From Candidatus Kaelpia imicola (GTDB lineage Bacteria > Omnitrophota > Gorgyraeia > Kaelpiales > Kaelpiaceae), in NCBI GenBank assembly GCA_030765505.1, contig JAVCCL010000043.1, forward strand, positions 69,686-133,685: DNA of 64,000 bases. Direction: 5' to 3'. Made by a program: the position numbers and the translations under genes. Positions within the stretch are counted from its first letter, which is position 1. Each line of letters starts with the position of its first letter. Positions 35,613 through 45,738 of this stretch are shown one piece after another. The notes below the pieces were generated by a model that made no database searches, had not been told where the DNA came from, and saw only the letters and a program-made list of their open reading frames with translations.

Positions 35613-36800
35613 ATGAAGAATAAAGATGTTGCCCGGTTATATTCTAAATATATTATGGATACATATACCCATCTTCCAATCTCTCTTGTAAAGGGAAGAG
35701 AGTCCAGGGTATGGGATTTAGAGCAGAATGAGTATTTGGATTTATTTCCAGGTTGGGGTGTCTCTATTTTGGGACATTCTCCTTCTAAGGTTGTCTCTCA
35801 TATTAGAAATCAAGCCGGTAAGATAATACATATATCTAACAATTACTACAACCACCTCCAGGCTAAGCTTGCTCAAAAAATAGTTAAAATAGCGCAGATC
35901 GACGCCAAAGTTTTTTTCTGCAATTCAGGAGCAGAGGCTAATGAAGGAGCCTTTAAACTGGCAAGGTTATACGGAGCAGGCAATAGATATAAAATAATTA
36001 CGATGAACGACTCTTTTCATGGCAGAACTCTAGCCTCTCTCTCTGCAACAGGGCAGGAAAAATACAAAAAAGATTTCGAGCCTCTACCCGAAGGTTTTAC
36101 CCATGTTCCTTTTAACGATTTTGAGGCTTTTCAGAGCAGTGTTGACAATGAAACTGTGGCGATTATGTTAGAGCTGGTTCAGGGTGAGGGCGGTATAAAT
36201 GTTGCCGATTACGACTATATCCAGAGAGTGAAAAAGTTTTGTAATGAGCGGGATATATTATTTATTGCTGATGAGGTTCAGACTGGAATGGGTAGGACCG
36301 GAAAATGGTTTGCATATCAGAATTTTGACATTGAGCCCGATATAGTTACTTTAGCAAAAGGTATTGGCGGAGGAGTTCCTATGGGTGCTGTTTTTGCCAA
36401 AGATAAGGTTGCTGATTGTATTAAGCCTGGAATGCATGCTTCTACTTTTGGCGGAAGCCCTATTGCATGTAAAGCGGCTTTAGCCGTTGTAGATACTATA
36501 ATGAGCAAGAAATTGCTCAATAATGTAACCGATATGAGTAAATATTTTAAAGGCAGGCTGCTGGATTTAAAAGAAAAGTATGATTTAATAGATAGTGTTA
36601 GAGGTTTAGGTCTCATGATAGGTGTGGAGGTTAAAGATAAAGGCAAGGAGATTTTTGAGGGCTGCCTTGCTAATAGGCTTTTAATTAATTTAACCCAGGG
36701 CAATATCTTAAGATTTTTGCCGGCGCTGAATATTAACAAAAAGGATATAGATAAAGCTATTATAATATTAGATGGAGTATTAAAAGAGGTGCAGAGATGA
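35613..36800 (+). CDS. argD: Acetylornithine aminotransferase (class III PLP aminotransferase)
   Basis: Class III aminotransferase motifs including GIGGGVPMGA and the PLP-lysine region. Adjacent to argF. Confidence 0.85.
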   Translation: MKNKDVARLYSKYIMDTYTHLPISLVKGRESRVWDLEQNEYLDLFPGWGVSILGHSPSKVVSHIRNQAGKIIHISNNYYNHLQAKLAQKIVKIAQIDAKVFFCNSGAEANEGAFKLARLYGAGNRYKIITMNDSFHGRTLASLSATGQEKYKKDFEPLPEGFTHVPFNDFEAFQSSVDNETVAIMLELVQGEGGINVADYDYIQRVKKFCNERDILFIADEVQTGMGRTGKWFAYQNFDIEPDIVTLAKGIGGGVPMGAVFAKDKVADCIKPGMHASTFGGSPIACKAALAVVDTIMSKKLLNNVTDMSKYFKGRLLDLKEKYDLIDSVRGLGLMIGVEVKDKGKEIFEGCLANRLLINLTQGNILRFLPALNINKKDIDKAIIILDGVLKEVQR

Positions 36801-37525
36801 ATCATTTTTTAAGCATTAATGATTTAAGCAGGAAAGATATAACAGGGTTTATCAATGCTGCAAAAAATCTTAAAAAGAAGAGAAGGCAGGAGAAGATACT
36901 TAAAGGCAAGAGTTTCGTTCTTTTATTTGATAAACCTTCTTTAAGAACAAAGGTTAGCTTTGAAGTCGCCATAGCTGAACTTGGAGGTAGCTATTCATAT
37001 TTAGGAGATGGTTCGGCTGGGTTCGGTAAGCGTGAATCTCTCAAAGATACGGCAGAGGTGCTTTCAAGGTATATCCATTGTTCTATTGTAAGAACTTTTA
37101 AACAGAAAGACCTTTTAAGGTTTGCACGGTTTTCTTCAGCTTCTGTCGTTAATGCTCTTACTGATACAGAGCATCCCTGCCAGATTTTAAGCGACCTTCT
37201 AACCATAACTGAAAAAGTTGGGAGCCTGGATAATTTTAAAATTGCTTTCATCGGTGATGGTAATAATGTCTGTAATTCACTTATACAGGCAGCAGCAGTT
37301 TTGAAGTTCAAACTGTCAATTGCAACACCTTCTGGTTATGAGCCTAAGAGAGAGAGCTATAGGGTTAAACTGGAAGATTTAAATAAGCAGAGCTTAAGAG
37401 TAGAGATAGTCAATTCACCTCAAGATGCGGTAAGAGATGCAGATTTTGTATACACAGATGTTTGGACCTCTATGGGTTGGGAAGAAGAGCAGTCAGATAG
37501 AAAAAAGATCTTTGAGTCCTATTAA
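36797..37525 (+). CDS. argF: Ornithine carbamoyltransferase, interrupted by an in-frame TAA; homology continues in-frame to 37711
   Basis: STRTKVSFE-type motif PSLRTKVSFE. After the TAA at 37523-37525, the same frame encodes ...[21 protein letters not shown]...[16 protein letters not shown], the conserved OTC C-terminus. Confidence 0.8.
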   Translation: MNHFLSINDLSRKDITGFINAAKNLKKKRRQEKILKGKSFVLLFDKPSLRTKVSFEVAIAELGGSYSYLGDGSAGFGKRESLKDTAEVLSRYIHCSIVRTFKQKDLLRFARFSSASVVNALTDTEHPCQILSDLLTITEKVGSLDNFKIAFIGDGNNVCNSLIQAAAVLKFKLSIATPSGYEPKRESYRVKLEDLNKQSLRVEIVNSPQDAVRDADFVYTDVWTSMGWEEEQSDRKKIFESY

Positions 37526-37721
37526 ATTAATAAGGATTTACTTAAAAACGCAGGGAAGAGATGCTACGTGATGCATTGCCTGCCTGCGCATAGAGGAGAG
37601 GAGATAACAGATGATCTTATCGACTCTGAGAACTCTATAGTATTTGACCAAGCTGAAAACAGACTCCATATGCATAAAGCTATTTTAATTAAGCTTTTAT
37701 CTAAAAGGTAGATTTTCTTTA

Positions 37722-39305
37722 ATGTCCAGGAAAACAGTTTTTTTGATACTTCTTCTTATAGTCGTATTTCATCTCTTAAACAATTTTATTATTCTCACAA
37801 TAGATGATACTCCTCCAGTAGGACACTATGGGCTCTATTTTTCACATAGCCTGTATCTCTTTGAACAGTTTAAAAATCTTTCGCCTGGATTTATAACTGA
37901 GCTGTTTAACGTTAATAGTATATATCCCCCTCTGCTCTATTTAACGCCCATACCTCTCTATTATATTTTTAGCATAGATTATGATGTTGCTTCTTTTTCA
38001 GTCGGACTGCTCTATCTTTCTGTATTTATATTCTCTCTATATTTTCTAGCAACCTACCTCTTTAAACCTTCTGTAGGGATTGTAGCTGCTCTTATCGGTT
38101 CTCTCTTTGCGGCAGTCTTTGGCTATGCCAGGCTATTTCTAATGGCATTTCCAATGGTTGCCATTTTGACATTGAATATCTATCTTATGTTTAAGACCGA
38201 AGTGTTTAAGAAGAGGCTATATGTAGTACTCTTTGCTTCTGTTTTAGCTTTAGGGATGCTGATGAAGAAATTTTACTTTATCTATATCTCTTTTTTTACA
38301 TTAATCTATCTGATTGAAAACAGAAAATTGATATCTAAAGAGCGGTTCAAGGTTTTTTTAAATATTTTTATTGCAGCTGGTATTGTTATATCTATTTCCG
38401 GGTATTGGTATCTTCGCAACATTGAACCCATTTTGTTCCAGCTTAAAAGTGACCAGCCTACAATATTTTATAATGAAGGCTATAGTTTTAATTTTTTAAT
38501 TTATTTAAAGTATTTGATTAGATATCAATTAGGTTGGTTCTTATTCTCTCTTTTTTTAATATCTTTTATCTATCTTGTTATCAAAAAGAGGTCCGCGCTT
38601 TTTCTATCAGCTTGGGTTATATGGCCCTACCTTATCTCTTCTCTTTTTATTGTTGAGAAGAGTTCCCGCTATACAATGGCCATGCTGCCTGCGATTGCTA
38701 TCATAATTGCTAATGGAATAATGGGATTTTCAGATAACCTGAAGCTTAAAAGAAGGCCTGCTTTAAGGTGCTCTCTTATGTTTTTAATTTTAGCTGTTCC
38801 GGTGTTTAATTTTTTTAAGACCTCTTATGGCGGGGGAGTAGAAGTGTTCAATTATAGGGATGAGACAGATAGGTTCTTTTATACCGGATTATTAAGGTCT
38901 AAGAAGATTGGTTGGGATATTGAAGATTTAGAAAAAACCTTAATTCAAGATGGTAAAAATAAAATCATGATAGATGGGTTCGGCTACTGGTATCTTTTAA
39001 ATGACTACTTGAATAACTTTATTGAAAATAACAATCTCTCTATCAGCTTTATTCATTTGGAGTTTGACGAAAGAGATAAAGATTATAGAAAGCTTATAGA
39101 GGAAGGGGATTTTATTATTTTAAGATCCGATGACGGGTCTTCTATTCCCAATATCAGCCTACCTTTTGAAAATGAAAACTTAGAGAAGATCCGTTCTCTT
39201 CTGGTTATATTTAATGAATATAAAGAGAAGTTTGAATTAATCAATAGGGTTACCATAGAAGGTAGGTTTACGGAGAGAACGCTGTTGATTTATAAGAGAA
39301 TATAG
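37722..39305 (+). CDS. GT-C-like polytopic membrane protein (PMT_2/ArnT-like), paralog 2, with C-terminal soluble domain
   Basis: N-terminal TM helix followed by TIDDTPPVGHY, then about 11 further TM helices and a ~150-aa C-terminal domain. Confidence 0.45.
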   Translation: MSRKTVFLILLLIVVFHLLNNFIILTIDDTPPVGHYGLYFSHSLYLFEQFKNLSPGFITELFNVNSIYPPLLYLTPIPLYYIFSIDYDVASFSVGLLYLSVFIFSLYFLATYLFKPSVGIVAALIGSLFAAVFGYARLFLMAFPMVAILTLNIYLMFKTEVFKKRLYVVLFASVLALGMLMKKFYFIYISFFTLIYLIENRKLISKERFKVFLNIFIAAGIVISISGYWYLRNIEPILFQLKSDQPTIFYNEGYSFNFLIYLKYLIRYQLGWFLFSLFLISFIYLVIKKRSALFLSAWVIWPYLISSLFIVEKSSRYTMAMLPAIAIIIANGIMGFSDNLKLKRRPALRCSLMFLILAVPVFNFFKTSYGGGVEVFNYRDETDRFFYTGLLRSKKIGWDIEDLEKTLIQDGKNKIMIDGFGYWYLLNDYLNNFIENNNLSISFIHLEFDERDKDYRKLIEEGDFIILRSDDGSSIPNISLPFENENLEKIRSLLVIFNEYKEKFELINRVTIEGRFTERTLLIYKRI

Positions 39306-41240
39306 ATGAAAACAAAAGAGAGAGTTCTGCTCTATTTTCTATTATTAATCTTAGTTTTAACAAAGCTGCAGTATTTATTTAAAGCGGGATTGTTATTTGA
39401 TACCTGGGAGATGTGCAATCTATTTATTGCAAATACAATAGTAAAACATCGGATATTTTTGCCCTCATTTTTTCATCTCTCTGTACCTTATGCAGGCGGC
39501 GGAGACTATCTGTATAGTCTTCTCTCTGCTCCTTTTGTCTATCTGTTTGGCAGCAACATTTTTTCAATTCGGATATTAACTATCTTTCTTAACATGGTTG
39601 AACTTAGCCTTCTTTTTTACATTGTAAATAGGTATTGGAGCTGGAGGGAGGCTCTTGGAGCTTCTTTATTATTCATATTTTGTTCTAAGTATATTTTTAT
39701 CTATTCTATTGTCGGTATGGGACGGCATTTTCATTTAGGTCTATTCTTTTTATTATCGCTGTTTTTCTACCTTAGATTTAAAGAGAAAAAGGGGTATCTC
39801 TCTGCTGTTCTATTTGGTCTCAGCATGGGTATTGGTAATTATTTCTATCCGGCTTTTGCAGTATTTATCTCTATTTTTATACTTTTTTTTCTGCTGAGCA
39901 TTGACTGGAAGAGAGTATCAGATTATCTTAAGATCTTCATTGTGCTTTCCTCTACGATACTATCAGGTCTCTTTTACAAAGTTGTTTTTTTAGATTTTAA
40001 CATTGCCTACACTTTTAAAAGTACTTTTATGCTCTCTACCCATTCCCCTAAGGCAATATTCCCGATAGATAATATTTTTATTATTGTAAAAAGGTTTATC
40101 TTATTCCTGTTTTTTCTGGTTCCGGATTTTTTATCTTTTAATCTTTTTCACACTGGAGAATATTTTAACCTCTTTAGAGATATTGAGAGTCTATCTTTAG
40201 TAAAAGCTTTTCAAGAAATATTTAACCTCTATCAATCTAAGAGTAACTCTTTGGATATCTTTTATGCCGATCTATACCGGGTAATCTTTATTCTATTTTT
40301 TGCAATTATTATTTCTTATATTCTTAAAAGAGCAAAAAACTTTAAGCAGTTTGTGATTGGAGAGAGAGGAAGAGATAAGAAAGCATTGAAAAACTCTATT
40401 ACAGCATTGCTCTCTGTAACAATATTGGTCTATTTTTTCTTATATATCTTAAATGGCCGCTCTATCACTACTTATAAATATTATCTACCGTTATTTATAC
40501 CGATTATTCTTGCTCTAACTATAGTTACTGCATGGAAAAAAAGTTTTTTCTTGCCGTTATTAATTATTTTGCTGATTCCCGGTTTTAACTTTCAGCTTCA
40601 AGCGTTAAAAACCTCTGATTCCAAAGGCAACCCTCTTATGCCGCTCTATTATGGCGACAAATCGACTTTAGAGTTTCTGGGCGATAGCAATAACTCAGAA
40701 CAAAAGAAACTTATAGAGCTAAATATAAATACAGCCCATACTCTGGGCTATATATTGGCTGATAGGAGTAAAGATTGCTCTGCATTGCGTCTGCTGGCTG
40801 GAGATATTTCTTTTTCAGATAAGGCTAGGCGTTTTTTCTGGGAAGGATGGTTTTCCAAGATGTTCTTAAATGAGAGCATAGATATTGATTATGTTAAAAA
40901 TTATCTCGCAGATTTAAAGAGAGAAGAGAGGTTTTTCGCTTTTTCCGGGATAGGCGAAGCTCTCATCCAGAATTCTATATATTGTCCGGATATATCTGAA
41001 TATTTTAAAAGTGCAGAGAGAGATATTTTAAAGATAACAACTATAGAGGAGAGAGTCTATTTTTATCAGGGTTTAGGCAGGGGCTTAGCTCGCTTATACG
41101 GTAGCGATGTCTATTCTGCAAAAGGGCCTTATATAGCTGATAAGAGGTTGTTCTATTCTTACCTTCAGATGGTAGATAGGGATAATATAACTGATTTTAT
41201 AAATGGGTTTTTACTTAAAGAGTTATGGCAGCCTTTATAG
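39306..41240 (+). CDS. GT-C-like polytopic membrane protein, paralog 3, with ~200-aa C-terminal soluble domain
   Basis: Many TM helices. Start is adjacent to the previous stop. C-terminal domain is of unknown function. Confidence 0.4.
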   Translation: MKTKERVLLYFLLLILVLTKLQYLFKAGLLFDTWEMCNLFIANTIVKHRIFLPSFFHLSVPYAGGGDYLYSLLSAPFVYLFGSNIFSIRILTIFLNMVELSLLFYIVNRYWSWREALGASLLFIFCSKYIFIYSIVGMGRHFHLGLFFLLSLFFYLRFKEKKGYLSAVLFGLSMGIGNYFYPAFAVFISIFILFFLLSIDWKRVSDYLKIFIVLSSTILSGLFYKVVFLDFNIAYTFKSTFMLSTHSPKAIFPIDNIFIIVKRFILFLFFLVPDFLSFNLFHTGEYFNLFRDIESLSLVKAFQEIFNLYQSKSNSLDIFYADLYRVIFILFFAIIISYILKRAKNFKQFVIGERGRDKKALKNSITALLSVTILVYFFLYILNGRSITTYKYYLPLFIPIILALTIVTAWKKSFFLPLLIILLIPGFNFQLQALKTSDSKGNPLMPLYYGDKSTLEFLGDSNNSEQKKLIELNINTAHTLGYILADRSKDCSALRLLAGDISFSDKARRFFWEGWFSKMFLNESIDIDYVKNYLADLKREERFFAFSGIGEALIQNSIYCPDISEYFKSAERDILKITTIEERVYFYQGLGRGLARLYGSDVYSAKGPYIADKRLFYSYLQMVDRDNITDFINGFLLKELWQPL

Positions 41241-41257
41241 ATTGGTGCTTAATTGTC

Positions 41258-41956
41258 CTATGATTTTCGAGCTCTAAAGATTGAGCTTACTCCAAAAGGT
41301 ATATTGAATCTCTTAGAAAAGGCTAAGTCCCATCTTATAAAAAAGAAGGAGAGATTGTTTAAAAAATCAGGTAGATTTATACAGTCATCCGTCTCTTTTT
41401 TTATATTTAATATTTTTTGAAATTTTCTGAATAGATATACAGCTAAAAATATTGTCCAGCCAAAAAGATCAACTTCTGTATTACTAAAGCCGGATTTGGA
41501 TAGTTTATCCAAGAGTTCTCTCTTTCTGTAGCGGCGGTAATGCTTGTTAAGCTTATCTTGCTGTCCCCAGAGGGTAGGCGACATGGGTAGAGAGCCGAAT
41601 AGAAGTCCGGATTTCTCTAAAACTCTGGATATCTCTTCTAAGGCTCTCTTGTCATCTTTTATATGCTCTAATACTTCAAAGGAGACTACAATTTTAAAGC
41701 TCTCTTTTTTAAACGGTAGATTGGTCAAATTCGCGATTACTCGATTCTCTATAGTGTTGTTATCCATTGTTTTTAAATCCAGGGCTATTATTTTTTTATA
41801 GTTTAAGGCTATATTTGAAAAATAACCGTTGCCGCAGCCTGCATCAAGTATCAATGTCTCTTCGGGCATCTTTAGTTTTTTGAGGGTTTTTAGTGCGGTC
41901 TCATACTTTATCTTTATCCACCAGTAGTTGTGGGTAAGCTTAAAATAGTTCAGCAT
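41258..41956 (-). CDS. Class I SAM-dependent methyltransferase (type 11-like)
   Basis: Motif I LDAGCGNGY and VVSFEVLEH. Last gene of the minus-strand operon. Confidence 0.7.
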   Translation of the reverse strand: MLNYFKLTHNYWWIKIKYETALKTLKKLKMPEETLILDAGCGNGYFSNIALNYKKIIALDLKTMDNNTIENRVIANLTNLPFKKESFKIVVSFEVLEHIKDDKRALEEISRVLEKSGLLFGSLPMSPTLWGQQDKLNKHYRRYRKRELLDKLSKSGFSNTEVDLFGWTIFLAVYLFRKFQKILNIKKETDDCINLPDFLNNLSFFFIRWDLAFSKRFNIPFGVSSIFRARKS

Positions 41957-42665
41957 CTTTTTTTATCCTGCGAGTAGATTTCCATATTCGGAATACCTCT
42001 CTAAGTGTTCTTGGAATATCCTGGATGCCTATCTTTGAATAATCTCCGAGTCTTGGAAAATGTTCTACGGATATCTCAGCGATAGAAAGATTGAATATTT
42101 TTGCTTTTGCCAATATCTCTGTATTTACAGAGAATCTTTTAGATTCAATAGTTATTTTATTAAAGATGTCTTTATGAAATAGTTTAAAAGCGCAGTCTAT
42201 GTCCTTCACATTAAGGTTGAATATGTATCGCATGAGCAGGTTATAGCCTTTTGAGAGCACTATTCTCAAAAGAGAGTCTTTTCTTATTTTACGATAGCCG
42301 ATTACTATATCATGGTTTCTAATGCTCGGTAGTAATAGTTCAAGGTTTTTTATGTCAAACTGCCTGTCGGAATCAGTAAAGAATATTGTATCATTACTGC
42401 AGTTTTTAAATCCTGTCGCTAACGATGCACCGTAACCTGTATTAGAGTTATGCTTGATAAGTTTTATTCTATCGTTATGAAGGCTCAATCTATGGGCTAT
42501 AGAGAAAGAGCTATCTTTACTCCCGTCATCTACTAGTATAATTTCATAGGATTGGAACTTTTGAACTAAATAATCGTTAATATCTGTTATGGCTCTCTCT
42601 ATATGATACTGTTCATTATAAAATGGCAGTACTACGCTTATTGAATGCCTGATTATTTTTTCCAT
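41940..42665 (-). CDS. GT2 glycosyltransferase (DPM1-like, no TM)
   Basis: VVLPFYNEQ, ILVDDGSKDSS and FTDSDRQFD (DxD) motifs. Confidence 0.8.
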   Translation of the reverse strand: MEKIIRHSISVVLPFYNEQYHIERAITDINDYLVQKFQSYEIILVDDGSKDSSFSIAHRLSLHNDRIKLIKHNSNTGYGASLATGFKNCSNDTIFFTDSDRQFDIKNLELLLPSIRNHDIVIGYRKIRKDSLLRIVLSKGYNLLMRYIFNLNVKDIDCAFKLFHKDIFNKITIESKRFSVNTEILAKAKIFNLSIAEISVEHFPRLGDYSKIGIQDIPRTLREVFRIWKSTRRIKKDAELF

Positions 42666-44302
42666 AGCAATAGGTGTGTTATTAAATTCTTTGAATCAGT
42701 GCTTGTTAGTCTTAGTTTAAGTACTTCCTCTCTCTCTATGTTATCGGAGAGTGAATAGAGCCTGCTCTCTTCTTCAGGCATGATTCTAAAGACCGATATT
42801 GACTCTTTGAAGCTTTTTGCATCCATTATTATCTGTTCTATATCTTTAGCTGTAAATATCAACCTATATTTGAGAGAGTGCTTATCGGCGTATATTTTAA
42901 GGTAGGCGCTTATTTCACTACATAGTTGATGGGATTTGCTCTCTCTAATAAACATATCTATTATCAATTTATCAGTTGAGTATATTTTGATCTGCTCTAT
43001 TATACTCTGAAAGATAATCTTATTATTATAATCCGGCGGTCTTACCTCATAATTGTATAACAGGGGATAGATATTACCTTTAGCGTCATAATAATCTCTA
43101 TCTTTGAAGAGTTTTGTTTTAAGAAGGGGTTTCTGCTTGATCTCTAGGAAAGAGGATGAAATATTCTGCGTTATCCCGAATAAAAACAATACCGAGATTG
43201 TTGTATTGCGTAATCCTTTTTTAAGTCCGGATATGAATATGGCCGATATTATGGCGCATATTGGGATATAGCCGATACTGTAACGCGCCCATTTTACATC
43301 TCCGGTTTGAAGGAAGAGATAGGGGATTAAAATAGCTAACCATAGATGTGTAAAATTTTGGTCTATTTTTTTTCGAAAGATTAGATTTATAGTGCCCGAG
43401 ATAAACACTAAGAAGAATGGTAATGATAGTTGATAATTTATAAGTGTAAAAAGATAGAAAAACCAGGAGTTTAAGCTGCCAGACGGTATCGTCTCTCCAC
43501 CTATTAGACCCTTTCTGCTGTAGCTCATAAGCAGGTATCTAATTATCTCTTTATAGTTTTTTACATAGTAGCCTATAGCAGGGGCTAAGGCGATAAAGAT
43601 TATTAGCGCTATATTTAAACATTTAGTCTTATTGGTAGATGTTGAGTTTTTATTCCAGTTAATTATTAGCTTAAAGAGTTCATAGATAATGCCTGGGACA
43701 ACAAATATCAAGAAGTGATATTTAGTTAATAGCCCCAAACAGAGAGATAGCCCCAGGAGTATTGAATATTTGGTGTTTGAGAAGTTCTGGCTTTTTATAA
43801 TCAGATAGATTATCAGGGGAACTAAAGCCAGGATAAGTGTCTCTAACATCGGATAGCGGGATATTCCGTAAGTTGCAGGATAGAGTGTCAGGATAATAAA
43901 GCTTATGCAGCCTGCAGACCTATTTTTAAGAACTGATGATATTTTATAGCTAAATAGAGCTGATATTAATACTATTACAGAGTTAACTGTTACTACTGTC
44001 ATATGATTTATTCTTCCCAGAATTAATCCTGTCAGGGAATGAATCAGAAAATAGAGTGAGGGATAAGAGCTATGGCCGTAGCTCAAGTAAAGAGAGTCTT
44101 TTAAGAATCCAATGTCGTGTTGTAAATTTATAAAAAGGTCTATTATGCTATTAAAATTATCTGAGCCCATACACATATAGCTAAAGTTGAAATTATAATG
44201 TTCCCAGAGTAGATTTATTGCTATAAAAAGTAATGCAGAGATAGACAGCAGGGTCATCAGCAGATGCTTGCTGTTTTTTTTATCTATCTTATTTATCGAC
44301 AT
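42653..44302 (-). CDS. GT-C fold membrane glycosyltransferase (PMT_2/ArnT-like), paralog 4
   Basis: Polytopic N-terminal two-thirds plus a C-terminal soluble domain. Overlaps its neighbours by 13-14 nt. Confidence 0.5.
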   Translation of the reverse strand: MSINKIDKKNSKHLLMTLLSISALLFIAINLLWEHYNFNFSYMCMGSDNFNSIIDLFINLQHDIGFLKDSLYLSYGHSSYPSLYFLIHSLTGLILGRINHMTVVTVNSVIVLISALFSYKISSVLKNRSAGCISFIILTLYPATYGISRYPMLETLILALVPLIIYLIIKSQNFSNTKYSILLGLSLCLGLLTKYHFLIFVVPGIIYELFKLIINWNKNSTSTNKTKCLNIALIIFIALAPAIGYYVKNYKEIIRYLLMSYSRKGLIGGETIPSGSLNSWFFYLFTLINYQLSLPFFLVFISGTINLIFRKKIDQNFTHLWLAILIPYLFLQTGDVKWARYSIGYIPICAIISAIFISGLKKGLRNTTISVLFLFGITQNISSSFLEIKQKPLLKTKLFKDRDYYDAKGNIYPLLYNYEVRPPDYNNKIIFQSIIEQIKIYSTDKLIIDMFIRESKSHQLCSEISAYLKIYADKHSLKYRLIFTAKDIEQIIMDAKSFKESISVFRIMPEEESRLYSLSDNIEREEVLKLRLTSTDSKNLITHLLLWKK

Positions 44303-45737
44303 TATCGTATCCGTATATATGGTAGTAAATCAGTAGATAGGCTATATTGAGACCGTTTTTAATCAGACCCTTGTAGATATAGATAGAGAGGTGAAGAAAA
44401 TATTTAAGGCCCTGTTTTCTAATCATAGATAGTAATCTTTTGCCGAAGGTTATAAAATAGGCCAGTTTCTGATAATGTTCAATCTCTTTAGGCGTAAGCT
44501 CTTTAGTGTATATAGCTGCTCCAAAGGTTATATTATTAGCCTTCTTCCATCTTCTCTTATCTATCTTACCCCCTAAAGAGTATATCTGTTCGATGCTTTC
44601 TCTTGTGAAAGGCTTATAGATAAAAAATGCAGAGCGTTCCGCCTTTATCTTATCAGCAAATCTTATAGTATCCTTTATTGTCTTTTTTGTCTCTCCCGGG
44701 CCGCCTAATATATAAAAAGCGGTTAATGCTATATTATATTCTTTGCAGAGTTTGGCTATCTCTGTAATTTTTTTATTGCTAACAGGTTTTTTGTAAATAT
44801 TACTTCGTATATACTCATTACCGGTTTCAATTCCGACTCTCAACAATGCACACCCGGACTTGGCGAGGATTTTGAGCCTATCCTCATCCAGGTTGTCTAT
44901 TCGGGCAAAAGAACTGAACTTTATCTCCTTAGCCAGCCCTAATTTACGGTAATTATAACAGAACTCTTCAAGCCAGGTCCGGTCTATTGTAAATACAGGG
45001 TCAAATAATTGCAGCAGCCTTAGATTGCGGTTTTTGTATTTGTTCCAGTGGTATAACATCTCTTGGGCATAATCTTTTGGATTGCGCATTCTGAAATAAT
45101 TTCCTCCCACTGCATCTGATATTCCATGAGCATCGCAATAGCTGCATCTGTAAGGACAGCCCCTGGAACCGATAATGTATAGCATGCCCAGAAAATAGAA
45201 GTATCTATCCAGGTCTTCCCAGAGATCCCAGTCGGGATAGGGGAGGGCGTCCAGATTCTCATTGAAGCTGCCGCCGCCGTTCCTTATGATCTGGTCTTCT
45301 CTCTTGAACCAGATACCTTCAGTATTATATGGTTCTTCGTTATCCCTGACTCTATTCAGATAGTTTAAAAGCGGTATCTCTCCATCTCCGATATAGACAG
45401 CATCGCATTCAGGAATGTTGATTGTCTCTTCAGGGTATATCGATGCGTGATGCCCTCCCACCATTATGGGTAGATTGTAATGTTCTTTAATCTCTTCCAT
45501 CACGGTCTTTACATACTGCATATACATCGTATTGCTTGAGAAGCCGATTAAGTCTGGCTTATGTTTTTCTATTTTTGTTTTTAAATATTCTCTCCAGTGT
45601 CTTTTGTGAAAAGTTAGATCTATTATTGAAGCTGAATGTTCTGATTTTTTGTTTACGTAACTAGCAAGATAAGTGATAGCTATATCCATAGCGCTATAGT
45701 CATTACCGAGAGTAGGATTTATAAAACTTATATGCAT
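44289..45737 (-). CDS. B12-binding domain / radical SAM protein (class B)
   Basis: N-terminal B12-binding Rossmann region followed by IIGSRGCPYRCSYCDAH (CxxxCxxC). Confidence 0.8.
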   Translation of the reverse strand: MHISFINPTLGNDYSAMDIAITYLASYVNKKSEHSASIIDLTFHKRHWREYLKTKIEKHKPDLIGFSSNTMYMQYVKTVMEEIKEHYNLPIMVGGHHASIYPEETINIPECDAVYIGDGEIPLLNYLNRVRDNEEPYNTEGIWFKREDQIIRNGGGSFNENLDALPYPDWDLWEDLDRYFYFLGMLYIIGSRGCPYRCSYCDAHGISDAVGGNYFRMRNPKDYAQEMLYHWNKYKNRNLRLLQLFDPVFTIDRTWLEEFCYNYRKLGLAKEIKFSSFARIDNLDEDRLKILAKSGCALLRVGIETGNEYIRSNIYKKPVSNKKITEIAKLCKEYNIALTAFYILGGPGETKKTIKDTIRFADKIKAERSAFFIYKPFTRESIEQIYSLGGKIDKRRWKKANNITFGAAIYTKELTPKEIEHYQKLAYFITFGKRLLSMIRKQGLKYFLHLSIYIYKGLIKNGLNIAYLLIYYHIYGYDNVDK

Positions 45738-45738
45738 T

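Noticed and set aside
41544-41801. 85-aa plus-strand ORF, and the 46735-47013 ORFs inside the minus-strand operon
   Set aside because: Antisense to the methyltransferase and rSAM genes with no independent signals, so likely spurious.
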